From positions 1-35,112 of the forward strand of contig JAPEUG010000163.1 of NCBI GenBank assembly GCA_026025795.1: 35,112 bases of DNA. The letters are read 5' to 3'. Origin of the DNA: Thelocarpon superellum. Taxonomy: Eukaryota. The notes beneath the pieces are model-generated. The model did not search any database. It saw nothing but the letters and a program-made list of their open reading frames with translations, and was not told the origin of the DNA. A program made the position numbers and the translations under genes. Below, piece by piece: positions 1-10,652 of the stretch; within the stretch, counting starts at the first letter, position 1; every line of letters begins with the position of its first letter.

Positions 1-1790
1 ATGGACTAAAATACGAAAGAGCGCGGCCGCTTGAGGAGATTTGTGAGCCAGAGAATCCACTGTCATCCTCAGCAGAATGGCAGTCGGCCGTCGATCTTCT
101 CGGAGAGACGTTGTGTACTCTTCCTCCAGTACCTCTCGCAGATTTGTTCGAAGCTGATTGACAGTTTGTGCCAGAAGCTGGTTCCGAGATCGACTGAGGG
201 CGACGGCTTGCTCAATGGCGATAGGAAGTCCACCAACAACATCGGCAAGCTTGCTCGCCGTGTCTTCGAGGTAAGCGTTCCGGTCCGCGGAATCCGTGAG
301 GGTTGTAGCGAGCCTGACGGCCGAGGCTTTGTCGAGTGGCAGAACCTCAAATGTGTGCGAGTCGCCGGCTAGGAATCGAGCAGTCTGCTGATCCCGCATG
401 CTGAACAAGATATCCCCTTCTCCGTGGGCCGGCACAAAGTCCCTAACCAGCCCCGCTTCCGTGACGTCGTCGAAGATCAGGAGCCAGGTGGAAGTGTGGC
501 TTAACCAGCCGGTCACAATCTGCATAACGAGACGTTCGTCGTTGGCATCGTTTTCAAAGTCAAGCAGCTGCAAGAGCTGCGCAATGCGGCGGTATTCTTT
601 CGACAGGTCTTCGCGGGAGCTTGCTCGGAGAAAGAAGACGTTCTGGTAATGATTCTTTGCGTCTTCGGCATAACGGTAAGACAGCTGGGTCTTTCCCACC
701 CCTGGAATTCCCCAGATCGCCGCCCTGCGGGGCCCGCTTGAATCGGAAGCCTCCTTGAGACTGGTGTTGAGCTGAGCAAGGATGTGATCTTGGCCTGTGA
801 AATGATTGCTCAACAAATTCGGCACGGTGAAATGCTTGAGCGGATCTCTCTCGCTGTCGGGGAGGGCGGTTGGACGTGCTGGCGCACGCTTGAGAGAATC
901 GATGGCCCGGAACTTGGCGACGTCTGCGGCTTTATCGACCTCTTCAGCATACAGGTTGAGCTTCTTGAACAATTCGTCAAAGGGTCCCTTGAAGGGAGAA
1001 AACGTCGCGGCTACTATCGTCACTTCGGAAAATAAGTCATAAGTGACATAGGTGACGGAAGAATGTCGATCGGATCGTGCCAACTTACTCATGATGTTCT
1101 GCTTATGAATGCTCTCGACTTTGAGAGAAAAGTCGATGACGGCTTGGTAGAAAGCTACCAAGCGATTTCGAAAGAGCGACTCCCCATCGCCTAGGATTTT
1201 CAAAACTTCCGCAAACCTTTCCACGCACAAGGATATCTTCTCCATCATTTCAACAGCGCACTTGAAAGCTTCCGTCACTTCGCTGATGGCCTAGTATTGA
1301 TGAGTCGAAGAAAGACGGTCAATAGAAAGGGAGCGAGGGTCAAGGGCTCACCATGAAGATGACTCTCACCCCCGACCACACGCTTCCTGCGATTATCGGA
1401 TCTGCCGGGCGTGGTCAGTATCATCATCCTCGAGAAAGTTGAGAAACGCTTACTTGCGTTCATCAGGCTTTCCGTGGCAGTACCAACCCTGGAGAGAAGT
1501 CCGGTGGCCGTCTTGGGAGAAACACCGACCAGAAATCGTCTCTTCGACCTCAGCCGCTTGGCTTTGAGCTCTTCAACGTCTCGAAGGATCTCTTCGGCCG
1601 CGCATCTCGATTCGATGCGCCGCATTTGCGCGTCCGATATCTTCTTCTCGACGTGGGCTTCCCGGTACTGCTGAATGGCAAGCTCGTATATGGCCTGCAG
1701 ATCTGTCGGCTCCCTGGCTTGAGCGATCTGGTCGGCCAAGTGGCGATAGAATTCATCGGATGCGTCTGGTCGAATTTGAGATGAGGACAT
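1..1790 (-). CDS. Fungal NLR-like STAND protein: helical N-terminal domain (Goodbye-like) + NB-ARC; 3' part lies beyond the window edge
   Basis: Manual splicing with introns 1402-1453, 1291-1351 and ~1023-1088 gives ...NANPIIAGSVWSGVRVIFMAISEVTEAF...FYQAVIDF... followed by FTVPNLLSNHFTGQDHIL, Walker A GIPGVGKTQL, Walker B WLLIFDDV and GLPL-like GGLPIAIEQA. The frame stays open to base 1, which is why the ORF track misses it. Confidence 0.88.
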
Positions 1791-2360
1791 GGTGGCAGAA
1801 TATCCAACGATATGGCGGGCCAGTAGCCAGGCGAGGAGACTGCCGGGACAATCCGATCGCCCATGATCTTGAGTTCATGGACTCCACGGACCTTTAAAGC
1901 CAGAGGGGCCATGGACGGGACGCACAGCGTGTGAGTGTGGCCGGCGCTGTGCATAGCCGCCCACAAGTGTTTGACGTTGATGCCTACCGAGATGGGTGCT
2001 GGGGCAAATGGAGGCCTCGCCGAGCCCTGCAGCAAAGTATGCAGCCTCAAGGTTCGTCCAGCCAATACGCTGCTTCCGTCTCTCGGAAAACGCAGCGGCT
2101 CGTTACATCAAGGCGGCTGCAAGGAAAAAGCAAACAAAAAGCGCATGACTAAGCGAATCTGCCCTCATAAAGCTTTGTTTGATGCGAAAACGTGTAAACA
2201 GACATGCCCGAGCGTGTCGATGATCGCCCGCGCGGGGAAAGCATCTAGATACGTGTGAGACTAGTCAAGTAGCTATGCTTGTGTATGATTTGATGAAGGG
2301 TTTCCAGGTGTCGTATAGAGAGTTCAGTCATCGCGGCGCGACTTGCGAAACTGCGTCGTT

Positions 2361-3761
2361 CTAAGATAAGGCCGCTAGCGCCGCACCGGCGTCACCAAAG
2401 TCGCTTAGACGCGAGGTGCGAGCCGGTTGTTGACGATGGGGGAAAGGAATTAATCCGAGGTAGAAGAGACAGGTGATGCAGGCGGAAAGGCTTGCGGTAA
2501 CGGTAGCGGTTCGAGACAAACGACTCTGAGGTAGGCAGGATACGGCGGCCAGCTGACCTCTTTCCATACCCTCATCTTTAATGCCCGCGTGTCGATATAA
2601 ACCCTGACGAACTGCTCCCAACACTGGTAGCGACCCGACGAGGCTTTCGAACAGGACTTCGCTCCACTGGAACATTCCGCCGTCTGCTGGAGCAGACCAA
2701 GGCAGGTTCGTCCGGCCCTTTACTTCGTCTGCGTTGGGCGTCTGATCCTTGTCCGTCCCCACCAAGGCGTTTGCTGGATGAAAGGGTCCGGTAACAAAAG
2801 ACGATTGGAATCGGTTCACGTAGTTGCAGAGGGTGGGATATTTCTCCCTCATCGTGTCTGCCAGCCATGACTGGGGGAGATTGGGGATCAACGAGAGGGA
2901 TAGGTAGCCGAAGGTGAGAAAGTCCAGGCTCGACGGTTTTGAGTCGGACAGAAGATAGCGTTTCTCCGACAGGAGCCTGGCAAGGGGTTCCAAGAACTCG
3001 ACGCTCAGTGCATCTAGTCGCACCCTCCCAGCAAGCTCAGGTCTCCCTAAAAGACTTGTGACGGTGTCTTTGGATGCCTTGCGGAGGCTCCGTGGGATCA
3101 CGTTGGTATGGAAGCTGTCATCGTCTTCGGATTTGTCGTCATTGTTGTCCACGTCCAAAGACGAGAGACCAAGGTGTGCCGACCGATGCCGGGCAGCAGC
3201 GCGGAGCCTTGACGGTATCACGTATCGAAGCGGTGCCGATATAATCCCAGAGTATGCCGACCGAGTAGCTTCGTGGTAGTTCTCTGACGAGACGTAGAGC
3301 GACAGGTCGAGAAGTGGTCGCCCGATTGATTGTAAGAAGGCTCGGAAACTGTGCGTACGGAGTCAACAGAAGACGGGTTATCCTCCATCATCGTCCAACG
3401 TACGCTGTAGAGCTGGCTCTTGCCTCCAGAGGCAAGTCGTTGTCGATGTCCCACGATTCCGGCGAATGCTGTTGAAGATGGTCGAGAATGCTTTCAAATC
3501 CGGAGAGCCAGATGGAGCCTGCCCGGAGAGAGGGCAACACCTCTTTCGCCGAAATGATCATCAGATTACCGACGAATCTACCGATGCGTCTTCACAGACG
3601 TGGCAAGACTTACTCGTAGGGACAAGAGCGGAGGTGCTGGCAACAAGGGTCCAATGCCCCTGGGGCACCACCCGTGAAAAGTACGCAATCAGGGCGATGC
3701 ATTCGGGGTCGATGGAGGGGAGTGAGAAAGCCGGACCCCACACATGGAGCTCAAATGTCAT
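2361..3761 (-). CDS. SAM37: Metaxin/Sam37 (Tom37)-like mitochondrial outer membrane SAM complex subunit
   Basis: N-terminus MTFELHVWGPAFSLPSIDPECIA is metaxin-like, with a GST-C-like segment (PSSLDFLTFGYLSL...YPTLCNYV) and a C-terminal hydrophobic anchor. Introns 3543-3613 and 3349-3403 join the frames. Confidence 0.85.
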
Positions 3762-4080
3762 CCTTGGATGTACAGGCTAGACTGTTGAGACTTGTCTGCG
3801 ATGAGGGAGCGGCATGGGTGGAGGCATCTTCCTTTTTGAGCTGGGAGCCGACGAGTTGTCGAGCTTCGTATGTGTGCACAGGGATGTCAGAGCCGCGATC
3901 AACCTCGCGTATCGTTTGCTTCATTTGCTCGCTATCCGAAGGTTTCATCTCTAAACACTTAACTAAAGGTCGGCCCAAACTCATCTGACAACCACCAGTG
4001 CCAGGATTCCAGATACTGAACGTCGACCCAACAACTTCGAGACGAATGTAGTGCACATAACGTGTTGAGCGCGGTGAGGC

Positions 4081-4849
4081 ATGGCGCCGGTACGTCGATA
4101 TTTACGCATCACCAAATACAGCGTACTGGAATGCCGCATCTACCTAGAGAATCCGGCTCTGGCCAACTCATGGCTGCTCAATCCACGGGACCCAGTCCTT
4201 CCTCGTGTCATCCAGAGCGTGAAGCCTCTCGTGCTTCCCAAATTGCGCGAGGAGAAGGAACGAGCGAAAGGGAAGGGGAAGAAGGCAAAGCTAGCCATCA
4301 AGGATGTTGTCGTGGAAGGTGATTGATATCCGGGAGTAGGAAGCTTGCGCTAGGCTAACGTTGGCAATGACCTTTCCAGACGAATATGAAGTTTCCATCT
4401 TCTTCAAAGACATCTCTTCGAGACATTCCGTACTCAACAAGGAGAAGTCTTTTCTCGACCTTCCCGAAAGACCGACCGCCAACTCCAATCAGCACAGCGG
4501 TACGACTAGCACGCTACCGATTGAGGTGCCAGATGAAAACCCGGCCTTGGACACAGTTAGGGCCGAGAGCGACTCCGAAGACGAGATTACGATGCAAGAC
4601 ATCTCGGCCGTGGGCGCTGTGGGTTCACCCGGAGAGGCCGGGTCTTCTCGTCTGGCACGAAAGCTGGACGACAAGAAGATGGGCCTGACGACGTTGTACG
4701 ATGGATTCAGTATCTACAACCAGATCCTTTGCCTGATCGTCAAGCGGCGGCAAAACACTAGACCTGTGGGCAGGGACGGGAACGGACAGGCGCTGGTGGA
4801 AGACTGGATCATTGCCACTCAGGCTGGTGGTGTGGAAGGTGTGAGCTAA
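4081..4849 (+). CDS. Conserved fungal hypothetical protein
   Basis: MAPVRRYLRITKYSVLECRIYLENP... joins through intron 4319-4379 (GT...GCTAAC...CAG) to DEYEVSIFFKD...KKMGLTTLYDGFSIYNQILCLIVKRR. It is divergent from Sam37 across ~320 bp. Confidence 0.85.
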
Positions 4850-7509
4850 CTACCTCCTGCAGGGGCCGCCTTTTTCTAGACATGGATTTGAAATGAACGC
4901 ACCTGTATCAGTAATATGGACGTCCAACTGCAGGACTCGAGGCTCATCGCAACGCTCATATTTGTCATGGCAGGCCATGCGGAGACTTGTATTCCGAGAC
5001 TACAACGCAATCGAGACTGAGAAACGAGGGGCGGACACGGCGCAGCGCACTCGTACCGAACGCGTACAGAGATGCGTCGGCCTGGGCTCTTGGCACGAAC
5101 TGGATCGCGCGTTTCTATCTATAGCCAAGGTCAGTGCTGAACTATCCGAGCTGATCCTGGTGTACACGCAGGTTGCGGAGAGGCAAGCGTCGCCTTGCCA
5201 AGTGCCCGAGACTATTTGTATGCAGGCACATGAGCTTGTCCAAGGTTCTACTTTCGAAAGTGGGATATGAGGAGATATCGTTGTTGTGCGCGCGCTAGCA
5301 AGACGCATCGTAATCAGTTGTAAGCAACCTCAGTGTGCGCTATGTCGAGGGCGGCGGTGGTGGCATGGATGGGCTGAGAAAGCGTGCCTAATCCGTGACG
5401 TATTCGTCCCAGACACCATCCATACCGATCCAACCACAGCGTTGGCGGCAGCTCGCGCACTCCGACGGTGTGCCGGCGGTGCAGGCAATTTACTAGTCGG
5501 TCTTGGGAGGCGCCACAATCAAGGAGCAGGTGACTTCATGCAGGTACCAACGGCAGACATTCAGTAGAGGATGCTCTAGACGGGGTGTAGGACGGGGCAT
5601 GTCGGCTGCGATGCTTGCGCATCGGGCGCTCGTGGGCTGCGGTCGGGAGTGCTTGCAGCACGCAAGACGGCGGAGGTGACATAGCGGGGAGCAAGCGCTA
5701 CGAGACGAAGGAAACCAGCCATTTCGCGGGCGGACGGGTAGCAGCCGCTTGGCACCACCATCCGACAGGGCGACCATGGTGGGCTCATGGTGTGGGTGGT
5801 GTGCTCGATGGTGGAGTCATCTCTCGATAGTTCCCGGAACATGGACAAGTACCGGTACCCGCGGCCGTCCTCGTAAGTTACCAATATGTGCAAGACATGG
5901 GCCGGACGAAGTTTTCGTCAGGTGGGAGGTGCCACCAACCACCCACCACCGACGCTGGAGAGCAATGTGTTCGGCGCCGCTTCCGACCGACCGAGCGCAG
6001 GGCGAGCCCAGATCTGACCGCACACGCCCCACTCAGATTTTTGTTTCGGGCGCGCGAGTATTCGTGGCATGGGTGGGCCATGGAGCGATCGATTCACCAT
6101 GCGCGGCCCTGATGAAGACAGGTCGACCCTCCATCCGACCGGTCCGTGGGGCACTGACGTCAACGGAGAGGACCCGCGGTGGCCCCAGATCTGGAATGGA
6201 TGCGAGGTCGGTGACGTGCGCTGCGCAAGTCGTGCGCGGCGATGGAGACGGGCAACGTTCCGTCGGTCAGACCGGCGGAGACCTTCCGCGTCCACGCGGA
6301 GGTTATGGAGCCGACGTGGATCGGCGGCAAGCTTAGGCCGAATTGACTTTGTCTGCGCTCGTCCGGTTTCGACCAACGCTGCAGCGAGGCCCCCTGAGGC
6401 CCGCGGTACCTGGGCGCGCCACGTTTTCGACGTTTTCCTGGGGAGCACTGCATGAAACCGCATCCGGATGATGCACCAGGGGGGGCAGGAGCCGACCAAT
6501 CGTCGATGGCTCCGGCGGTGCGACACCCGTCACCTGATACTCGCATCTCGAATGGGTTTGGCTTCGCACCAGTCCTACGTCAGTAGCGGCGCGGCAGCTG
6601 CCAGGTACGAAGTACTAGTACGGGCCGGGAAGACTCTGAGGAGCTCGCCTTCCCAAGCGTCAGGGACGAAGGACGGCTCAGCTCCGTCATCCCGGAGGCG
6701 GCCCCGAAGGCAATGCCCAGGGCCGCGTGGTCTTGAAACTCGGATGGGTGAGGCATGCGATCACGCGTTGCGCAGAAGCCGATACCGACGCGCAGGCAGG
6801 GCATCCCCGTCCATCTGACACGCTGCATCATCCGCGGGCTCGCCGTGGCTGTGCCCCCCAAGCGCAGCGGTGCCTAGCGAGCGGTCGGCGCACGCCTTGG
6901 CCGCCTCACCCACGCGCAGCCAGGCACCCACGCACCCAACCATGGGCCACGCGACGGGGCTGCATCCCAATATTGACGGCTGCATGGCCCCTGCCGCATC
7001 GACGACGGTCATCCTCAGCCTTGTACCAGTACCGGCGCGGACGCGGAGCAGGCCCAGGATAATTCTAACCCGCTCACCGCCGCTTCGCCCGTTTCGACCC
7101 CTCGTGCACCTCGACCCTCCACACCGGGGCGCCACGAGTAATCAGACTGGTGCGCGCTTTCAGCACGGACCGTGGTCCCATGCCGGCTTGGCCGTTCCTA
7201 GCATTGTAATCTCGAACCATGAACCATGAATGATGCCCACCTCAACCAATCCGTGGCCCCTCGCCGGCCTTGCGAGCTAGCAAGGCCGCCGTCTGTCGCA
7301 AAGAGCTGGGTCCGTCGGATTGCTCCCCTCGTAGCTTGGGAATGACGACGATCAGCCGCGGCGTCGTCCCTGGACAAAGGAAAAGCATAAATACCCATCG
7401 GCACCTCTGTCTGAGCAACGAACTTTTTTCCATCGAACGCTTCACCGCCACCAGCACAAGCCCTGCTTCTCGCATCCTCTTCGCACGGTCTCCTTTTGCC
7501 ATTCATAAT

Positions 7510-7516
7510 TATATAA
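7510..7516 (+). promoter_or_regulatory. Candidate TATA box (TATATAA) upstream of the micro-ORF
   Basis: An isolated AT-rich patch (ATTCATAATTATATAAC) in very GC-rich DNA, followed by a C/T-rich leader and the ATG at 7681. Confidence 0.55.
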
Positions 7517-7576
7517 CACCCGCACGCGCACACGCTCGCACACTCCACCAACGTCTCCCCTCCATCCTCAAGCAGC

Positions 7577-7680
7577 GTCCTCGTCCTCGTCCTCGCCGTC
7601 GCGTCGCCCTCTGTCCTCATCACGTTGGCCAGGTCGGCCCTATCTCCACCTCCACCTCCACTTCCACTTCCACCACCACG
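7577..7680 (+). repeat. Short hexamer microsatellites (CGTCCT)x3 and (CTCCAC/TTCCAC)x5 in the putative 5' UTR
   Basis: cgtcctcgtcctcgtcct at ~7577 and ctccacctccacctccacttccacttccac immediately before accacgATG. Confidence 0.7.
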
Positions 7681-7773
7681 ATGCCTTCCAACAGCTACTA
7701 CAGCGGCTCCTCGCAATACCCGCCGTGTCCGGGTCCGCCACCGACGCGACCCCTCCCTCCGGTCCCCAAATAG
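7681..7773 (+). CDS. Candidate 30-aa proline-rich micropeptide MPSNSYYSGSSQYPPCPGPPPTRPLPPVPK
   Basis: First ATG after the TATA-like element, good Kozak context (ACCACG-ATG, A at -3), mostly C/G-ending codons, TAG stop and a pyrimidine-rich leader. Confidence 0.6.
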   Translation: MPSNSYYSGSSQYPPCPGPPPTRPLPPVPK

Positions 7774-9272
7774 GTCGCGCCCATGCCGCAACACTACGGG
7801 CGGCTTTGTTCGAAGGCGAAGGTGTCTGACCTCCAGACATCTCGAGTCCCATTCCGACCGTCAGCACATCCGATCGCATTCCACCATGCCCGGCTAATCT
7901 CCACCTGACTGCGACGCGATCGACCAGTTTTCCGACCTCACCATGATGCAAGGCTGAAGTGCCGCGGGCTACATTGCCCAGCGCGCACACACGCGGTGCA
8001 CACCTATCAACCTGACTCGTGCAAGACGCAACAACGCTCAACAATCACGTCTTGGCTCCGCGTCACGTTCCGCCCTTGCGTCGCCCTTGCATTACACTTA
8101 TCGGCTCCCTGCTAGAGATCGCTGGTCGATCTAGACGGTCTCCTTCGCTTCGACGTTTCTTCTCTTCCCTGGGGCTTGTCGCACGGGCCTCCTTTCGTCC
8201 CGCTCGAGGGCGAGTGGGTGGCCTCACCTGTCACTGATCGAGCACATTATTCAGCATACACGGGGGGCTTGCGTGCTAGGACAGGGGCATGGATTGGACA
8301 CGGAGGAATCTGCATCAGAGTCTACGTTGGGCAGCATTGGGTGGTCCGGGAGCTGGCATAGGCTGTCGACGGCACCCTACGATTTAGATAAGGGCTGCTC
8401 TCTGTGCCTCGGTACGCTGGTTCTGTACCGTGGCAGTACTCATTAATCTATGGTATGTGCATGCGTGCGCGTTGGTGTGTGTGTGCGTAGCTGCGTGGAT
8501 GCTTGCGTACGTGCGAGCGTGTGGTGGCATGCCTGTAAATTGATCACGCGGAGCTTGGGCCGCCTTGCGCTCCTCGGTCCCTGCTCCCCTTTCTTGATGT
8601 CATGCCACTTGAGGTGAAACAAGCATGGTCAGCACACGACTTGCCACCGCCCTCAATATGACCCTGCATGCATGTGCGCATGGCCGGATCCATGATTGCA
8701 TGCAATGTAACCTGCAACCCACAACCTCCGACCGGACCTGATCGGAACTACCGGGGGGGCATCGATCGGGCCGGGTACGATTGGAGGACCTGTTGGCGGG
8801 CTCGGTCTGGATCCGATCGACAACGTGGCACACACACGTAGACCCCGTAGCACTGGGACGGAACTCGGACACCGGCCACGCCCCCAGCAGGCTGTGGTCC
8901 AGCTGCCGCAACCCAAGCGAAACAGTCAGTTCTTAGCCTGGCCGGTTTTTGAGGAATGGTCCTCAGCCCATGTTCGTTTGACGACCGTTCGTGGCCGCTG
9001 CTCAAATCAAAAGATGCCCCACCTTGGGGGCCGATTGTGTGGACGCCTTGTGGCGTTTGTGGCGGGTCTAGATCGAGGCGTTGCGGTCGTTCCGAGGAAT
9101 TCTGCGGTCGGAACGGCTGACTCCGCCGTCCGACCGCGGACATTCTTGCCAGAACTTCTACCAGTAGCTTGGATCTTTCCATGGTTCCGAGAGCGTTGAA
9201 CAGCTACCTAGCTCGAAACGTCTCATTGGACTAGGTAACTCGAATCGACCGATCGCCGTCGAGTCGCATCGA

Positions 9273-10652
9273 TCAATCTAGATTCTCAATGAGGATCCAC
9301 AACGATTTCTGGGCCCCCTTGGCCTCTTTGTCCTTCTTATCCCCCTTGCCACTCTTTCGCTCTGATTTCCGCTCGAGCTTATCCATCTTCCGGTCCAGCT
9401 TGTCTAGTTTTCTCTGCTGCCGGTGGTCCAATCCCCCTTGCTGCTCGATCTCTACCGCCTTCTCGTCTAACCTCATCATCTTCTCGGACCAGTTGCCGTT
9501 CCTCGGGCCGTCGGCGCTGCCGGGAATACCGTGCTTCATCCGCTGTTTCATCACCTTGTGCTCCCTCCTCTTTGTTTGTATCTCGACCTGCTTGGCGCTC
9601 ATCTTGGCCAGCATCGTCGTCTGCGAAGTTGGCGGTGGGACATTGAGCGTAACGAAGCTCATGTAGGGCTGAACTGCGGCAATGACCCGCTCCTGGCTTG
9701 TCATGTGGATGTTTTGTTGCGTCAATGGTGCCAACAATGGCATCGAAGGTGGCAGATGGAGGGCCGCTGCCATGGCGTCGCCCGAGGCAATGCGCGCTTG
9801 AAGCCTGCGCGGGGCGAAGAAGGCCGTGTTGACCTTTGTCATGTACATCTCCGTGCGTCCTTTGGACACCGCCGCTTTTCCCAGCTTAGCCGTAGCTTGG
9901 ATAGCGATGCCAGCGATCATGGCCCAGTGGTAGGGAACGAATCCAATGACTCCCCCAACGAGATCCAGCACCTGCAACGGCGGGTTCGAAGTGGTGACGA
10001 CGTTGAGGTTGTCGACAAACTCGACAAATTCCTTTTCGCTGATCCCATGGCTCTCCAGCTCCGGGGCCCAAGCACGGATGTACGGTTGACCGATGCCGCC
10101 GGTAACCTGAGGAATCGCGATCGGTCGTCTCAACGGCGGGATGCTGCCCAGTGGTGGAGGAGGCCTTCGAGTGAATTCAAGTGCCTGTGTCAGCACGTCC
10201 GCATCCGTTGGCTCGGAGCCCGTCCGCTGGGGCGATCGACTATCCCGGAAGGGGGCCGTCTTTGGGTACATTGTTTCGTCGTACGAGGGGGGAAAGGAAG
10301 ACGGCGAAGCGGCCCTCCAGTCGGACGGACCATCATTGGGAACGTATGCCCGTTGAGGTTCAAAGGGGTGCGGATAGGCGGCATACGACTCCCGGTAAGT
10401 CTCCGTTGGAGGATTTGATGCTCTCTTTTCGGATGCCGATCGATAGGCGTCATGTGGCACGTGATTTGAAGCTGGGGCATCCATCATGGGACGAGGCTGT
10501 TGTCGGATAGGAAGAGGCATGGGTAGTTCTCGGGCATATGTCCCCAGAGTTGGTGAAGTGGAGGCGGGACTCGGATGTCGGCGCTCATTGCAATATGAAG
10601 ACGCCGCCATGTAAGGATTCTTCGAATCTGACTGGGAGAGATCGTCCATCAT
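9273..10652 (-). CDS. Conserved fungal hypothetical protein (459 aa, single exon)
   Basis: Long uninterrupted ORF with a disordered Pro/Ser N-terminus containing PPSY, a globular core (RRPIAIPQV...PYIRAWAPELESHGISEKEFVEFVDNLN), a hydrophobic helix pair and a charged coiled C-terminus ending LWILIENLD. Confidence 0.88.
   Translation of the reverse strand: MMDDLSQSDSKNPYMAASSYCNERRHPSPASTSPTLGTYARELPMPLPIRQQPRPMMDAPASNHVPHDAYRSASEKRASNPPTETYRESYAAYPHPFEPQRAYVPNDGPSDWRAASPSSFPPSYDETMYPKTAPFRDSRSPQRTGSEPTDADVLTQALEFTRRPPPPLGSIPPLRRPIAIPQVTGGIGQPYIRAWAPELESHGISEKEFVEFVDNLNVVTTSNPPLQVLDLVGGVIGFVPYHWAMIAGIAIQATAKLGKAAVSKGRTEMYMTKVNTAFFAPRRLQARIASGDAMAAALHLPPSMPLLAPLTQQNIHMTSQERVIAAVQPYMSFVTLNVPPPTSQTTMLAKMSAKQVEIQTKRREHKVMKQRMKHGIPGSADGPRNGNWSEKMMRLDEKAVEIEQQGGLDHRQQRKLDKLDRKMDKLERKSERKSGKGDKKDKEAKGAQKSLWILIENLD

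Noticed and set aside
700..720. Apparent frameshift just before the NLR P-loop
   Set aside because: Recounting the G-run (TGG GGA ATT CCA GGG GTG GGA AAG) shows the frame is continuous.
4893..7230. Many overlapping 60-200 aa ORFs on both strands
   Set aside because: R/P/A/G-rich translations without motifs, as expected by chance in GC-rich DNA.
8660..8830. Cluster of short palindromes (TGCATGCA, ATTGCATGCAAT, GGATCC, CGATCG)
   Set aside because: No regular spacing, terminal repeats or target-site duplication; compatible with low-complexity GCAT/GATC sequence.
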